In this document: positions 1 to 10,049 of the stretch, piece by piece
How positions within the stretch are numbered: the first letter of the stretch is position 1
Layout of the letters: each line of letters opens with the position of its first letter
Source: an uncultured Nitrososphaerota archaeon
GTDB lineage: Archaea > Thermoproteota > Nitrososphaeria > Nitrososphaerales > CADDZS01
DNA length: 64,000 bases
Reading direction: 5' to 3'
Assembly: GCA_963799845.1 (NCBI GenBank)
Contig: CAWCYI010000006.1
Coordinates: forward strand, 480,001 to 544,000
Position numbers and translations under genes: made by a program
The notes under the pieces: model-generated
The model's input: the letters and a program-made list of their open reading frames with translations, nothing else
Told to the model about the DNA's origin: nothing
Databases searched by the model: none

Positions 1-126
1 AGAAGCAAGATAGACTTCAACTTGACGGGAAGGCTCAGTGATGCGCTACGAACGACCGATCTCTCGGGATTTTGGAGATTTTTGTGCTCTAAAAAGGATT
101 AAGTCGCCTGTGTTTCTTGATATCGA

Positions 127-405
127 TTGTCCCCCTGTCCGTGTCCCCAGGGCGACGTCACAATGCAGTGGGGCATGAACGTAACTTCCGTGCCAGGAAG
201 CACACTTGCGCACACCTTCACGATTCCCTCTTTAGGTGTCAATATACCAGTTGTCGGTGGGGACACAGTCATGGCCTATCTCCGCTTTGATCAAACTGGC
301 GTTTTCCAATGGTTCTGTCAGACTCCTTGCGGTCTTGGACCGACTGGCACGCTGGGAGCAATGTCACAGGCTGGCTGGATGGAAGGCCAGATAACAGTAA
401 CCTGA
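127..405 (+). pseudogene. Cupredoxin-fold protein, C-terminal part only (5' truncated or frameshifted)
   Basis: HTFTIP...WFCQTPCG...M..GWMEGQITV copper-ligand pattern; no signal peptide or convincing start. Confidence 0.6.
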
Positions 406-459
406 GACTCAATTCTGAGCCTTGATAAGAAAAGTTTCGACCTACGTAGATGACATTCG

Positions 460-1086
460 TTGAGAAGACTCTGGATGGTTGTCTCGGGCGTCGTAGTCGC
501 TCTTGCCCTCCTTCTGATAATAATCGCAGGGTATGTTCTTGACTATCAGTCAGGGACTTCGATGTCGAACATAATAGGTCAGATGATGGGAGGCCAGTAT
601 TCTGGCCTTGTGAATCCTATGCCCACTCACGTTTGGTTAACGATGATTGCGCTAATCGCAGCGTTGGCAGCTAGTGTAATCGGAACTCTGTACTATGTTA
701 TGTATCCAGAGATAAAACAAACAGCGGAGCCCACAGACACCGAGAAGAGCCTATCAAATTCGGATGCAGTCGATAAGGCTCCTCCAACTAATTCGACTAG
801 CGATTCCACAGCACCTTCAAAAGAAAGTTGGTCGATGCTTATGCGGACTTCCAAGCCAGAGGAAAAGAAGATCTTGGAGGTCCTTTCAGCCCACAACGGA
901 GTCTATCTGCAAAAATTAATAGTCAAGGAATCTGGTCTGAGCAAACTGAAAACTCATCGAATAATTTCTCGCTTCGTGGAGCGTGGAATCGTGACTGCAA
1001 TGAAGAGTGGTAACACCAATGAAGTGAGATTATCCCCGTGGTTGAATCAACCTTCTCAAACAGATAAACCCTCGAAAAACGAGTGA
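460..1086 (+). CDS. Membrane-anchored winged-helix (MarR-like) transcriptional regulator
   Basis: Two N-terminal TM helices with an MMGG motif; C-terminal EKKILEVL...LQKLIVKESGLSKLKTHRIISRFVERGIV wHTH. Confidence 0.75.
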   Translation: MRRLWMVVSGVVVALALLLIIIAGYVLDYQSGTSMSNIIGQMMGGQYSGLVNPMPTHVWLTMIALIAALAASVIGTLYYVMYPEIKQTAEPTDTEKSLSNSDAVDKAPPTNSTSDSTAPSKESWSMLMRTSKPEEKKILEVLSAHNGVYLQKLIVKESGLSKLKTHRIISRFVERGIVTAMKSGNTNEVRLSPWLNQPSQTDKPSKNE

Positions 1087-1148
1087 TATTGAAAGTCATT
1101 TTCTCGCAACTCATCGGTACTTCTCTACTGCCTCTTGCATGACTCTTC

Positions 1149-1171
1149 GAAACGTGAAACGGTTTCGTTTC
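1149..1171. promoter_or_regulatory. Palindromic candidate operator upstream of the cupredoxin gene
   Basis: GAAAC-GT-GAAAC-G-GTTTC-GTTTC inverted repeat about 55 bp before the ATG at 1226. Confidence 0.4.
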
Positions 1172-1225
1172 AGCGAACTTCCATACGCCCCTTGTTTCCA
1201 TATACTAAGGCTAGGTTGAAATAAA

Positions 1226-1783
1226 ATGAAAACAAGGACAATGATCGTATTAGGAACCGCAGTCGCCGTAGCCGTCGGATTGACTTTGCCGTTCGCCAGC
1301 GCGTATGGAACTTCTGGTGGACTACAGGGGTTGATCAGCGGAATGATGGGGAGAAACACACAGGAGTCATCATATCCATCAATGATGGGTAATGGTTACA
1401 GCTATGGAGGCGGGATGATGGACCAAGGTGGGATGATGTCGTCAGGATCGATGATGGGTAGTAATTATGGCAGCTCCTGCTATCAGTATATGCAGAACTA
1501 TTACTCCACCAATGTTAGCCGAGGAAACCTGGTCATCATCTCTGGATATTCCTTCCATCCGTCTAGCTTGACAGTTACAAGGGGCACGACCGTCACTTGG
1601 ATCAATATGGATTTCGCCACTCTCACGGTAACTTCTGGAACCGAGCAAAACCCTACAAATCTCTTTGATTCTCACGAACTCTCACATATGGAGAGCTTCA
1701 GCTATACTTTCACATTCCCAGGTGTCTACCAGTACTATTGCGATATTCATCCAGGAATGGTCGGAACGATAACCGTGACTTAG
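1226..1783 (+). CDS. Secreted plastocyanin/azurin-family blue copper protein with a Met/Gly-rich N-terminal region
   Basis: Signal peptide; GTTVTWIN and YYCDIHPGMVGTITV type 1 Cu motifs; the first His ligand position appears altered (DFATLTV). Confidence 0.85.
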   Translation: MKTRTMIVLGTAVAVAVGLTLPFASAYGTSGGLQGLISGMMGRNTQESSYPSMMGNGYSYGGGMMDQGGMMSSGSMMGSNYGSSCYQYMQNYYSTNVSRGNLVIISGYSFHPSSLTVTRGTTVTWINMDFATLTVTSGTEQNPTNLFDSHELSHMESFSYTFTFPGVYQYYCDIHPGMVGTITVT

Positions 1784-1814
1784 GGAAAAGGCGATTCTCA
1801 GATTTGGTAATCAT

Positions 1815-2390
1815 GTGGTCGTCTTTTATTTCATCGAGGACATTGAAGTTAGGGTCTGGGAGTACTCAAGATCGGAGTGGACATTTGATTTGAGCAGAGA
1901 CGGAATCTCAAAGGTCGTTGTCATCTCCCTCGCTGCGATTGTGATTGCAATCGCGATTTTCGGAGGCTACTTGGCATATTCTCTGAATAATCCTAATAGA
2001 AACGCCTCTTCCAGCTCGAAAACGAATGCTAGCATCTCGCTCGCAGGTTTTTCCATCGATCCTGTCAGTTCAAATCTTTCAGGAACTGTCTTGGTAAGAA
2101 GTAGTTCACCCCTAGTTCAGACAGACCTTTACATCAATGGGACTTTCATGGGTTCAGTGAACTACACAAAGGGAATGATGTCGAATTCAACTTATTCCCT
2201 GATGTACTCAACTAATCCGAGATTCATGCCGATGATGTCTAGAATGCAGATGGTCGCTGGGAGAAGCTACATGATCACGTTGATGGCAGTGTTCAGCGAC
2301 GGAACGAGGTTCAATGCATCTTCGGCTGTCGTTGCTGGAGAGAAATATCAAATGGGGTCTTCGTCAAACGGAATGATGTCTTCAACTTAA
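1815..2390 (+). CDS. Met-rich membrane-anchored hypothetical protein (true start probably TTG near 1890)
   Basis: Single TM, Ser/Met-rich extracellular domain, located in the copper cluster. Confidence 0.6.
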   Translation: MVVFYFIEDIEVRVWEYSRSEWTFDLSRDGISKVVVISLAAIVIAIAIFGGYLAYSLNNPNRNASSSSKTNASISLAGFSIDPVSSNLSGTVLVRSSSPLVQTDLYINGTFMGSVNYTKGMMSNSTYSLMYSTNPRFMPMMSRMQMVAGRSYMITLMAVFSDGTRFNASSAVVAGEKYQMGSSSNGMMSST

Positions 2391-2439
2391 CATACGATCC
2401 CAGATTTGATAGTGAAAGAAGATAAATCTAACAATCAAA

Positions 2440-2820
2440 TCACGTAGTTGACGTTGGAGAGTCAGTACTTTCTGAAAAAATAATCAGATGTCGATCAGGA
2501 TCGCATACCACAAATTCTTTCATGCCGTATTCCTTTTGCGCCAAGTGGCCGCTGACGATATCTTTTGCAAGACATTGTTCATAGAGTTCATCAATCCCCC
2601 TCATGCCTATGTAACAAACAGATCTCTTTGGATTTTCGGACGGCTCGAAGAGATTGAAGTGAATTTCAATTCCGTCCCGCTCAATTATCAGGAAACCCTC
2701 GTCCTTGTAAGCCGGTTGGAAACCCAATTTTTGGTAGAAATCAACCGTTTCATCAAAGTTTGTTGAGGCAAAACGAGGGGCTATGCTCAGTAGTTCACTC
2801 TTGGTTTTCTATTGAGTCAT
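2440..2820 (-). CDS. VOC/glyoxalase-bleomycin resistance family protein (in-frame TAG at codon 4 after ATG 2820)
   Basis: SIAPRF...ETVDFYQKLGF...YGMKEFVVCDPDRHLIIF; homology extends upstream of the called ORF. Confidence 0.75.
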
Positions 2821-2949
2821 GATGAATTCGTTCACTCAGTTGAGATGAAACAATTACGTTTTCTGTCGCGATTTCAATAATTGGACGGGTGAGAAATCCT
2901 CGCTGGGAATACGATTCTTTGAAATATCAGCAAGGGCCAGATTTACTCC

Positions 2950-3369
2950 ATGCACTTGCGACTTTGGCGGAGCAAGTATCATTCTGGCTCCGCGTTGCCA
3001 GTAATAAATGAGAGAAACCTGGAGCAGCCCCCTTGGTGCTATCTGCTATGGGGAGCGCCTGCGGTTCTCGCTTTTGTGACATCATACGGCTACGACCGTT
3101 ATTTCTTATCCGTTACTGAGGCAGGAATTTTCTGGACTTTGTCAGTGGCCTGGATTGGAATTGGATGTTTGCTCAATGGCAGGTTTTGTGGCAGAGTACA
3201 CTGTTTGATAGATGGAATCTCCTTTCCGCTTCTGGCCATCATAGGAGTGCTCAATATTCTCTCAGTAATAGCAATCAGTTGGAGCCTGTTTTGGGCATCG
3301 TTCTTTGTGATACTGGCTACAAGTTTTGGTGCAGAGCTGGTTTTGGGAAGGTACCGTCCAAGGAGTTAA
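2950..3369 (+). CDS. 4-TM membrane protein with a Cys/His motif (possible metal transport or binding)
   Basis: GCLLNGRFCGRVHC motif between TM helices. Confidence 0.6.
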   Translation: MHLRLWRSKYHSGSALPVINERNLEQPPWCYLLWGAPAVLAFVTSYGYDRYFLSVTEAGIFWTLSVAWIGIGCLLNGRFCGRVHCLIDGISFPLLAIIGVLNILSVIAISWSLFWASFFVILATSFGAELVLGRYRPRS

Positions 3370-3371
3370 GA

Positions 3372-3524
3372 GTGAATTTGTCTATCAAATGCGCAGACTG
3401 CAATTGTTTACCTGCCGAATGCGCTGCAAGTGAATCTGCCATATCCTGTCCTAATTGCAATCAAGAGATATGCTGTTGCTGGGAAGCAATCCATGAAACT
3501 GGAACGTTCTCTAACTTGAAATGA
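3372..3524 (+). CDS. Small Cys-rich (metallothionein-like) protein, 50 aa
   Basis: AGGAG RBS at 3361 and GTG at 3372; 9 Cys (CxxCxC...C...CxxC...CCC). Confidence 0.55.
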   Translation: MNLSIKCADCNCLPAECAASESAISCPNCNQEICCCWEAIHETGTFSNLK

Positions 3525-3683
3525 TCAAACCCAATAAAATCGCAATAAACATCGGGACGTAATCTGGACGGAAGTTATCGCTACTATTGGAAGAAAGAAC
3601 TTTCCGAATCAGGTTGCGATTTAACAAAATTCCGAGATACCCAGTGATGCGTAAGAAGCTAAATACCCTTGTTTTCAGCCTCT

Positions 3684-3711
3684 GTTACTAGTAAACACGT
3701 GCGCGAATCCC
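3684..3711 (+). repeat. 28-bp repeated site, copy 1
   Basis: GTTACTAGTAA-ACACGT-GCGCGAATCCC; matches the copies at 7913 and 16137. Confidence 0.75.
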
Positions 3712-3948
3712 GTGTCTAGCCAGAGTTCATATTTCAGCAAATTATTTGAAACGGATCGGAGAATGGTAGGTTGACGGAGAAAGTCGCGATGGTTATTGGT
3801 GCTCTTCAGGTGCCATATGGTCCCCCTGAAGGTCCTAAACGGTCAATCATGTCTAGGTCGGACTTGCTGAGGCTTAGTTGAGTCGCAGCCACACTCTCTT
3901 CGAGCTGTTGTTCTGACTTCAACACAGTCAGTGATAGTGATCATTCAC

Positions 3949-4767
3949 TCAAGTTGACCCCGAGTCCTCTTCCTGTTCGATCATTTCCCTACCAGGCGAT
4001 ACGCGACTGAGGGGAGCAAGTGACCTGGCGTTTCGGTAGAGACAATACGTTGCGACAACGATCAATATTTGGAAGACATTGTAGCCAATGGCATAGATTC
4101 CTTTGTAGGCAAGAAAGTAGAGGAATCCGCTTGGAAATGCTCCGCCCGACGAGCCTTGGATCACTAACGAAATCGCTATAATCGCGGCCAGAACGAACAA
4201 GACGAAAAGACCGAACCATTTTAGATTCGTCCTTCGCGCGTCGCTCCTCGTTCTCCTTGCCGTGAGCAGGAGTGCGGGAGCTCCTGCAAGAAAAGTCGGT
4301 AAGTACACCGCTATGATCAAGACTGTCGCTACCGTTGCAACGGGAACCCCGGTGGCTGTTTCTAAGACGAGCAACCCAAAATAGAATGCAATCATCGCAA
4401 GGGTCATGCCCCAAACGCCGAACCGAAGTTTGCTCCATTTGAGAGTGTCCCTGAAGAGCGGATCAGATCGGCGGGCGGTGCGGACGGTACCGTCTATCCA
4501 GGCAAGCAGTACTATCGGCAGAGCTCCGACGTAGAAAACACTGATCACAAGCTGGGTGAGCGGGTCTGTGCTCATCGGTGTCGGGAGTACGGGTATCAAA
4601 AAGATGCAGACAACGCCAAGCCAAAGAGCTTGGCTCCGCGAAAATCGATTCCTGAGCACTCGTCTCAATACGAACGCCCAGTAAGCGGCATAAGCCAGGA
4701 TTGCACCTGCGACGATATCCTCCGCAAAGACCGCACCTATCATCATCAATATAATGTCACTTGGCAT
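3949..4767 (-). CDS. Polytopic (about 7 TM) membrane protein, putative sensor
   Basis: Multiple hydrophobic helices; ATG 4767 overlaps the stop of the upstream KaiC-like gene. Confidence 0.7.
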   Translation of the reverse strand: MPSDIILMMIGAVFAEDIVAGAILAYAAYWAFVLRRVLRNRFSRSQALWLGVVCIFLIPVLPTPMSTDPLTQLVISVFYVGALPIVLLAWIDGTVRTARRSDPLFRDTLKWSKLRFGVWGMTLAMIAFYFGLLVLETATGVPVATVATVLIIAVYLPTFLAGAPALLLTARRTRSDARRTNLKWFGLFVLFVLAAIIAISLVIQGSSGGAFPSGFLYFLAYKGIYAIGYNVFQILIVVATYCLYRNARSLAPLSRVSPGREMIEQEEDSGST

Positions 4768-5434
4768 ATGCACTAACCTCCATCCCCTTAGAAGTAAAAG
4801 ATACATCATAGTATCCAGGGTGAGGGGGAACTCCCCTCATCTTCCTGATCCTCAACAACGGGAGGACTTTGAATCCTTCCTCGTAGAGTTTGAATTCGAT
4901 TACGCCGTCGAAGAGTTGTCGCATCGAGCTCAGCGTCTTCGTATCGTGCATCCCTTCATCCATCGTCGCAAGCAACACAATGTCGTACTGTTTGAGATCC
5001 GACAATAGTTGAGAGAGGAAGCTGTACATCATCTCCGGGGGATTCAGGACAAGGAGCGGAGAAAGAACGTCGGTAACAATCCTTATCCTTCGTTTACTGT
5101 TGCTCCTTGCGAGCTCCTTGAGCTTCACCGATATGGCAGTCAAGTCATTTATGTCAAATTTGATCTGCCCACCTTCACTTGCAAACCACACCGGACTCGC
5201 TTGACTCAAGTCGATTTTGTATCCCCTGACGTCCTCGAGAACATCATGGACGGGCAGCCTCGTCATGTAGACGCAAAAATCTCCGAGGTCGAGGCCCGAC
5301 TTCGTGAAGAAGTAGCCCAGTACTTCCTTTCCGGCGTCAGGACTCCCAAAGACTAGCACTGCGGACTTACTTGGATAGCCATCTCCACCTAAAATCGCGT
5401 CAAGGGATCCAAAGCCGGTGGAAACCAAAGTCAA
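4757..5434 (-). CDS. RAD55/KaiC-like single-domain ATPase
   Basis: STGFGSLDAILGG, degenerate Walker A GSPDAGKE, LFDGVIEF, LRIRKMRG. Confidence 0.85.
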   Translation of the reverse strand: MTLVSTGFGSLDAILGGDGYPSKSAVLVFGSPDAGKEVLGYFFTKSGLDLGDFCVYMTRLPVHDVLEDVRGYKIDLSQASPVWFASEGGQIKFDINDLTAISVKLKELARSNSKRRIRIVTDVLSPLLVLNPPEMMYSFLSQLLSDLKQYDIVLLATMDEGMHDTKTLSSMRQLFDGVIEFKLYEEGFKVLPLLRIRKMRGVPPHPGYYDVSFTSKGMEVSAYAK

Positions 5435-5561
5435 CAGCGACCGAAGAAGACTTTCAAGATAAACGTTTGCTCACAGCCCGGGACGATTAAGAAAACCTGT
5501 TTCCGCGGCAGGCCAATTTCGGAAAAGTATTTATCGAGTTAGGAAAGCTCCAGCGCACTCA

Positions 5562-5858
5562 ATGCCAGATGAAAATAACGGAAAGGGTACGCTGAAAGAA
5601 TTTGTTGACAGACTAAACAACGATCCGGCGACTCGTACGCAATTTCTCTCCAATCCCGTAGAAATCCTTCGAGGCTACGGGATAACGCTGTCGAAGTCAG
5701 CAGAAGAAGGACTGATGCAAATCATAGAAGAGTATCGCGAAAAGATCGCGTCGATTAGAGAATTACAAGGTAAGACAATAACAACAACTACAACAACAAC
5801 GACGACAGAAAGGAATGACTCCATAGAACCAGTTGGAGGTACGATGGACTTCATCTGA
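5562..5858 (+). CDS. Putative RiPP precursor with an NHLP/Nif11-like leader and a poly-Thr tract
   Basis: LKEFVDRLNNDPATRTQFLSNPVEILRGYGITLS resembles NHLP-clan leaders; ends TITTTTTTTTT...VGG-TMDFI. Confidence 0.6.
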   Translation: MPDENNGKGTLKEFVDRLNNDPATRTQFLSNPVEILRGYGITLSKSAEEGLMQIIEEYREKIASIRELQGKTITTTTTTTTTERNDSIEPVGGTMDFI

Positions 5859-5909
5859 GCGAGAATTGACCGAAAGCCCAATCTACTCAGAATTCGGTTC
5901 GGAGATAGG

Positions 5910-6845
5910 GTGGATAAGGAGGACCGTCAGCGAGCACGCCCTAATGCTGCCTTCGGTTTTCAAGCATTCCTTCATTATTATCTCAATGATAGACTAAAGA
6001 TCCTTACGAATGCGGTTCCAAAGGAAGCGAAGCTTGGCAGAGTATTTCCCTACTCGATCTTCTGGTTAGCCAATGCCCTTCCCAAATCAGAGCTTGCGAA
6101 TGTTCGCAAGCTCGCTCTTTCGGGAGTTTACGATTGCCTGAGTGTTACGATTGCAGATGACTTGCTGGATCGCCAAATCGAAGCGGATCGCGCAATACTA
6201 GTCGCGCTCGCCGGCGAGTATGCCAACATGCGCGCCAAACTACAAAGAGAACTTTTCGTTCCCAAATCAAGATTTTGGGATATCGTTTCATATTGCAGAG
6301 CCGACGCGGCCAAATACAACAGATGGAATTCGATCTGTACCGCATGGTCGGAGCCTTTGTCGGATAAATTCCTTCGGGATTCCTCGCGGTATGTTGTCTC
6401 TGTATTGCTGCCAGGTCTTGCTGGCGTCGCTATACTAGCTAGAAGTGAAAACAGGATAGAGGAGATCTCACGCTTCCTGAGGACTTTCTCCATGGCTTGG
6501 CGCATAGTTGACGATATCTGGGACTGGGAGGAAGACCTCCACGTGCGAAACTTGAACAATTCAACAATCCTCCATCTGATAAGGGCAAAGTCCGGAGCCG
6601 ATAAAATGTCAAACGAGATTGTCCTAGCCAAGTTCCTCGATGATAATTTTGTACGAGAAATTTACCAAAGGGCGTTAGAGCTCTTGAAAAGAGCTAAGAA
6701 AAGCTCGCACCAATTGAATTGCCCATATTTAGAGGAGTTCATGGAGAGCCAGATTGATTACCACGCCAGTCAGCGCGACTCGCTGCTGGGCTCCAACAAG
6801 TCTTTCCGGAGAGAGCTGACGAGTTTGCTCCCTGCAATCTCATAG
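5910..6845 (+). CDS. Class I isoprenoid synthase/prenyltransferase-fold enzyme
   Basis: Two Asp-rich motifs, DDLLD and DDIWDWEED, in an all-helical protein. Confidence 0.75.
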   Translation: MDKEDRQRARPNAAFGFQAFLHYYLNDRLKILTNAVPKEAKLGRVFPYSIFWLANALPKSELANVRKLALSGVYDCLSVTIADDLLDRQIEADRAILVALAGEYANMRAKLQRELFVPKSRFWDIVSYCRADAAKYNRWNSICTAWSEPLSDKFLRDSSRYVVSVLLPGLAGVAILARSENRIEEISRFLRTFSMAWRIVDDIWDWEEDLHVRNLNNSTILHLIRAKSGADKMSNEIVLAKFLDDNFVREIYQRALELLKRAKKSSHQLNCPYLEEFMESQIDYHASQRDSLLGSNKSFRRELTSLLPAIS

Positions 6846-7137
6846 GACAGCTAGGATTCGGAGTATTCGCCACAACCAGCGCTAAGAACTTCGCTGTTAC
6901 CGATCGCGATCAACTCCGTGATCCAGTTGACAAGTGAACAGCTGGAGACTTCTCTACAAAATTTAGAACGTTGAACGATGCGTGGAATGTGATTTTGCTT
7001 TCCAGTTTTTGGAGGACAGAAGGGAAATCCGTGCTTGAGAACCAGCGGTTAAGCGAAGTAACCGCGAACGAGAAGAAATTTCTCAAGAAGTGGAAGCGTT
7101 CGAAAAAGTCTGAAGATGAATCCAGACAAAAGGAGGA

Positions 7138-7655
7138 TCGAAAATTCGAAGATGGGAGACGGCTTTGCGCCATTATGATCACTGACATTGTTGGTTACAG
7201 TGCCCTATCTCAAGAAAATGAGACGCATTCTCTTGAAGTTCTACAGAAGCACAATAGTTTGCTACGCGAGTTCTTCCGGAAGTACGGTGGTGTCGAGGTG
7301 AAGACAATGGGCGATTCTTGGTGGACGTACGGTTGGCTGGCCGGACTGGTTTGGGCATACGCTAGATCGGGCAAAGAAGGAAGAAGCCAAGAAAATTCAA
7401 GAGCAAGTCCAAGAATTTTCAAAGACACATTATGTAAGGTCGGATTGGCTGATTGTTATTCATCAGAGATTGGGCGAGAACGACGAGGCCATCCGGCTCC
7501 TAGAAAAAGCCTACGATATGCGGGAATACGATTCGTTGACCGGCATAAACGTTGAACCAATGTATGACGTCATACGTTCTGACCCGCGGTTCGTAGCGCT
7601 ATTGAAGAAAATAGGACTGGACGAATACGGCAATCTCGCGATTCCTTCTGGGTAA
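7138..7655 (+). pseudogene. Class III adenylate/guanylate cyclase-TPR gene remnant (internal deletion plus frameshift)
   Basis: RRLCAIMITDIVGYS...VKTMGDS joins directly to the TPR C-terminus ...RSDPRFVALLKKIGL. Confidence 0.8.
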
Positions 7656-7912
7656 CCTGACGCGGCTGGAGAGAGCTTACGAGTAACATTCTGGTTATCT
7701 GGTTGCGATCAGCTTCTAACAAACTTTCGACGACCTTCATCATGACCCCAGATTTCAGGCTTAACTGAAGAAAATTGGTTTTCCCGACGCAGGGTGATTC
7801 GATCGAATCTACCATCTAAACGCTGGCCTAGAGACGAACAAGAGGCCAACTTGGAAGCAAGAAAAAGAGTAACATTTTGACTCAAATCTTAATGTTCTGA
7901 GCTATTGCAATC

Positions 7913-7950
7913 TTTACTAGTGAATACGTGTCCGAATCCCGTACCTCGCA
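7913..7950 (+). repeat. 28-bp repeated site, copy 2 (similarity extends to TACCTCGCA)
   Basis: TTTACTAGTGA-ATACGT-GTCCGAATCCC-GTACCTCGCA. Confidence 0.8.
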
Positions 7951-8801
7951 AACCTTTTCTTTAGGGCGTGATCGCCCTAAGACAGAGTACTGAGAGTACT
8001 GAATCAGATACTTCTTCTAATAAAAGTCGGAACCAACCAAGCCGCTCGCCGCCCAGCTCCGATAGGAGTTCCAACACCAACTAGTGCTGCTCGCATCGTA
8101 AGTAAATGCGCAAAACGAAGAACTATCGAGTTCATTAAGCACTCCTAAGGAAAATTATCGTATTCTTTCTTTGGAACGAAAAGTAAAGTCGAGCTGTTCA
8201 AGGAGAACGAGGAGAGGTCGAAAGGAAAACTACTGGAGCGCATACCTCAATAGTTCACAGTATGATTCCACAGACCAGATGACTTCGATTGCATTCACAT
8301 CCTCGAATCCGCAGAACGGATTCAGAGTCGGATTCATGCGGTAGAAACGCTCACCTGCCAGTTTGCGTGAATAGTCCTCTGAGACAAACAACTCCTCAAA
8401 GATTAGTTCGATAGGAAGCGCTTGTTCTTGTATCTGCATCTATTCTTTTTCACCTGGAATTTTGGGTCTGAATCCAGTGATGTTCGCTAAGATTCCTGTT
8501 GATATTAGATTAACAATATCTGACATTTCTACTAAGCCTCTTTCTCGACACTTAGACAGGGGAAAACTTCCCACATGGATGTGGACGAAAAACTAGTGAT
8601 AGCAAAATAGCTATCGGCGGCAGAAAGTTAGATCTTTTGAGTGGGCGATTCATGCTTATTCAGAAACTTTTACGGGTTTTCCCAAATATGTGCGGGATGT
8701 TCAGTTATCGTAAGGATTTTGAGCAACAATTGATTTAGACTGCCCTAAAGTGACAAGAAATGTTTTGGAGGGACCTGTGTTTTGGGTAAATAATACACAT
8801 C

Positions 8802-8862
8802 GGTGCCAGGGATGAACTCTGGATTCGGATCGGGTGCCAGGGATGAACTCTGGATTCGGATC
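8802..8862. repeat. Tandem duplication of a 30-bp unit
   Basis: GGTGCCAGGGATGAACTCTGGATTCGGATC at 8802 and 8833; single copy in segment B. Confidence 0.9.
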
Positions 8863-9035
8863 CGAATTTCTTTCCAAGAGGAAAATTGCAGAAAAGTAAG
8901 TTTGGGATAATCTTGAAGTTCTTCTTACATGAGCAAAATGGCCCATTTATTGAAAGTCCGATTCAGAATTGAGATTTTCTGATCCGCTGCGAAAACACGC
9001 GACTCAACTTCGAGATTGAAAGAGCTAACAAACGT

Positions 9036-9184
9036 AATCATTCGATTTTGACCAACATCGCGAATTGGGTGCCCCAATTTGATTAAAAAACCACTTTGGG
9101 GATTTTTTTACGTGTTTGGGAGAATTCATGCTTTAGCCCAAACCCCTCATTCATCAAATTAGCGGTTTCCCCGAAGATTACGAT
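9036..9184 (-). ncRNA. Candidate structured 3' element, copy A
   Basis: Near-identical to 10840-10984; nested stems AATTTGAT/ATCAAATT and GTTTGGG/CCCAAAC. Confidence 0.4.
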
Positions 9185-9484
9185 TTATGCCAGCGGCGCG
9201 ATCAATTGAAGGGATCCAACTTGTCCTAATACATTTGCATAAGTTTCTACAACTCGAGCACCTTTCTCAGTGAGCACGTAATTTTTTCTGCCCCGTACAT
9301 CGCTCGGGCTCACCAACCCCAATTCTTCGAGACTCCTAATGAAATTCCTGCAGACAGCCCATGAAAGCTTTGTTCGGTACATGATGTGAGTCGGCCTACC
9401 AGCTCCATCAAAAATAGCTTGGAGAATATCAATTTTCACTTCCATGTTGGATCTTCTTGGACGTGATGTTATCATTGTTGGCAA
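9185..9484 (-). CDS. Winged helix-turn-helix transcriptional regulator, paralog A
   Basis: RRSNMEVKIDIL...PTHIMYRTKLSW...YVLTEKG, typical archaeal small wHTH. Confidence 0.85.
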   Translation of the reverse strand: MPTMITSRPRRSNMEVKIDILQAIFDGAGRPTHIMYRTKLSWAVCRNFIRSLEELGLVSPSDVRGRKNYVLTEKGARVVETYANVLGQVGSLQLIAPLA

Positions 9485-10049
9485 AATTATGTCATTCTGG
9501 TCACTTTAAGAAGCTCTCGCATTCTGTACGGCTGATCACCAATTCATGTTATGAGTACGCAACACGGTTACCTCTTAGGACTCTATGTTTGATCGAAAGG
9601 GACACAACTTCCTAAATCGGAACAACAAAAGATCGCATCATATCGAATCCCGAACAAACGATAAAGATCAGTTTAAGGCTAGCTATTTTTCAGACGAACG
9701 AATGATTTTTGACCGCATTTACTTCGAGATTCTGACCTTCGGCTTTCTCGTGACTGTAATCGTTGGAACAGCTTCGATTTCTTTCTGAGGACTTTCTTAA
9801 AAGAAATTTCACTGTCCAGTTCGAGTATGCCTTAAGTCATTCAAAATCCCAGCCGCGATCCCGAACGTCTGATTGACACAAACGCAATCAAGCCGTTCGC
9901 GCAATTCTGACTCGAAAGACACATGGAATCCTTCCGAAGCCTGAGATTAGATACCTGAAGCGATATGTGAGCACATTGAGAGAGTTTCGGGTCAAGTTGG
10001 TATGAATTAAGCAAACTGAGCTAGTAGTTCCTGGTATAAAGGCGGAACA

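Larger units (their letters stand above)
8686..9660. repeat. Duplicated segment, copy A (paralogous to 10416-11416)
   Basis: Collinear homologous non-coding blocks, wHTH gene and upstream sequence. Confidence 0.85.

Noticed and set aside
6971-7137. Upstream extension of the cyclase remnant ORF
   Set aside because: No cyclase homology before RRLCAIM; probably spurious or an unrelated fragment
8701-8946. ORF in the duplicated block (also 10780-10974)
   Set aside because: Reading frames are not preserved between the two copies
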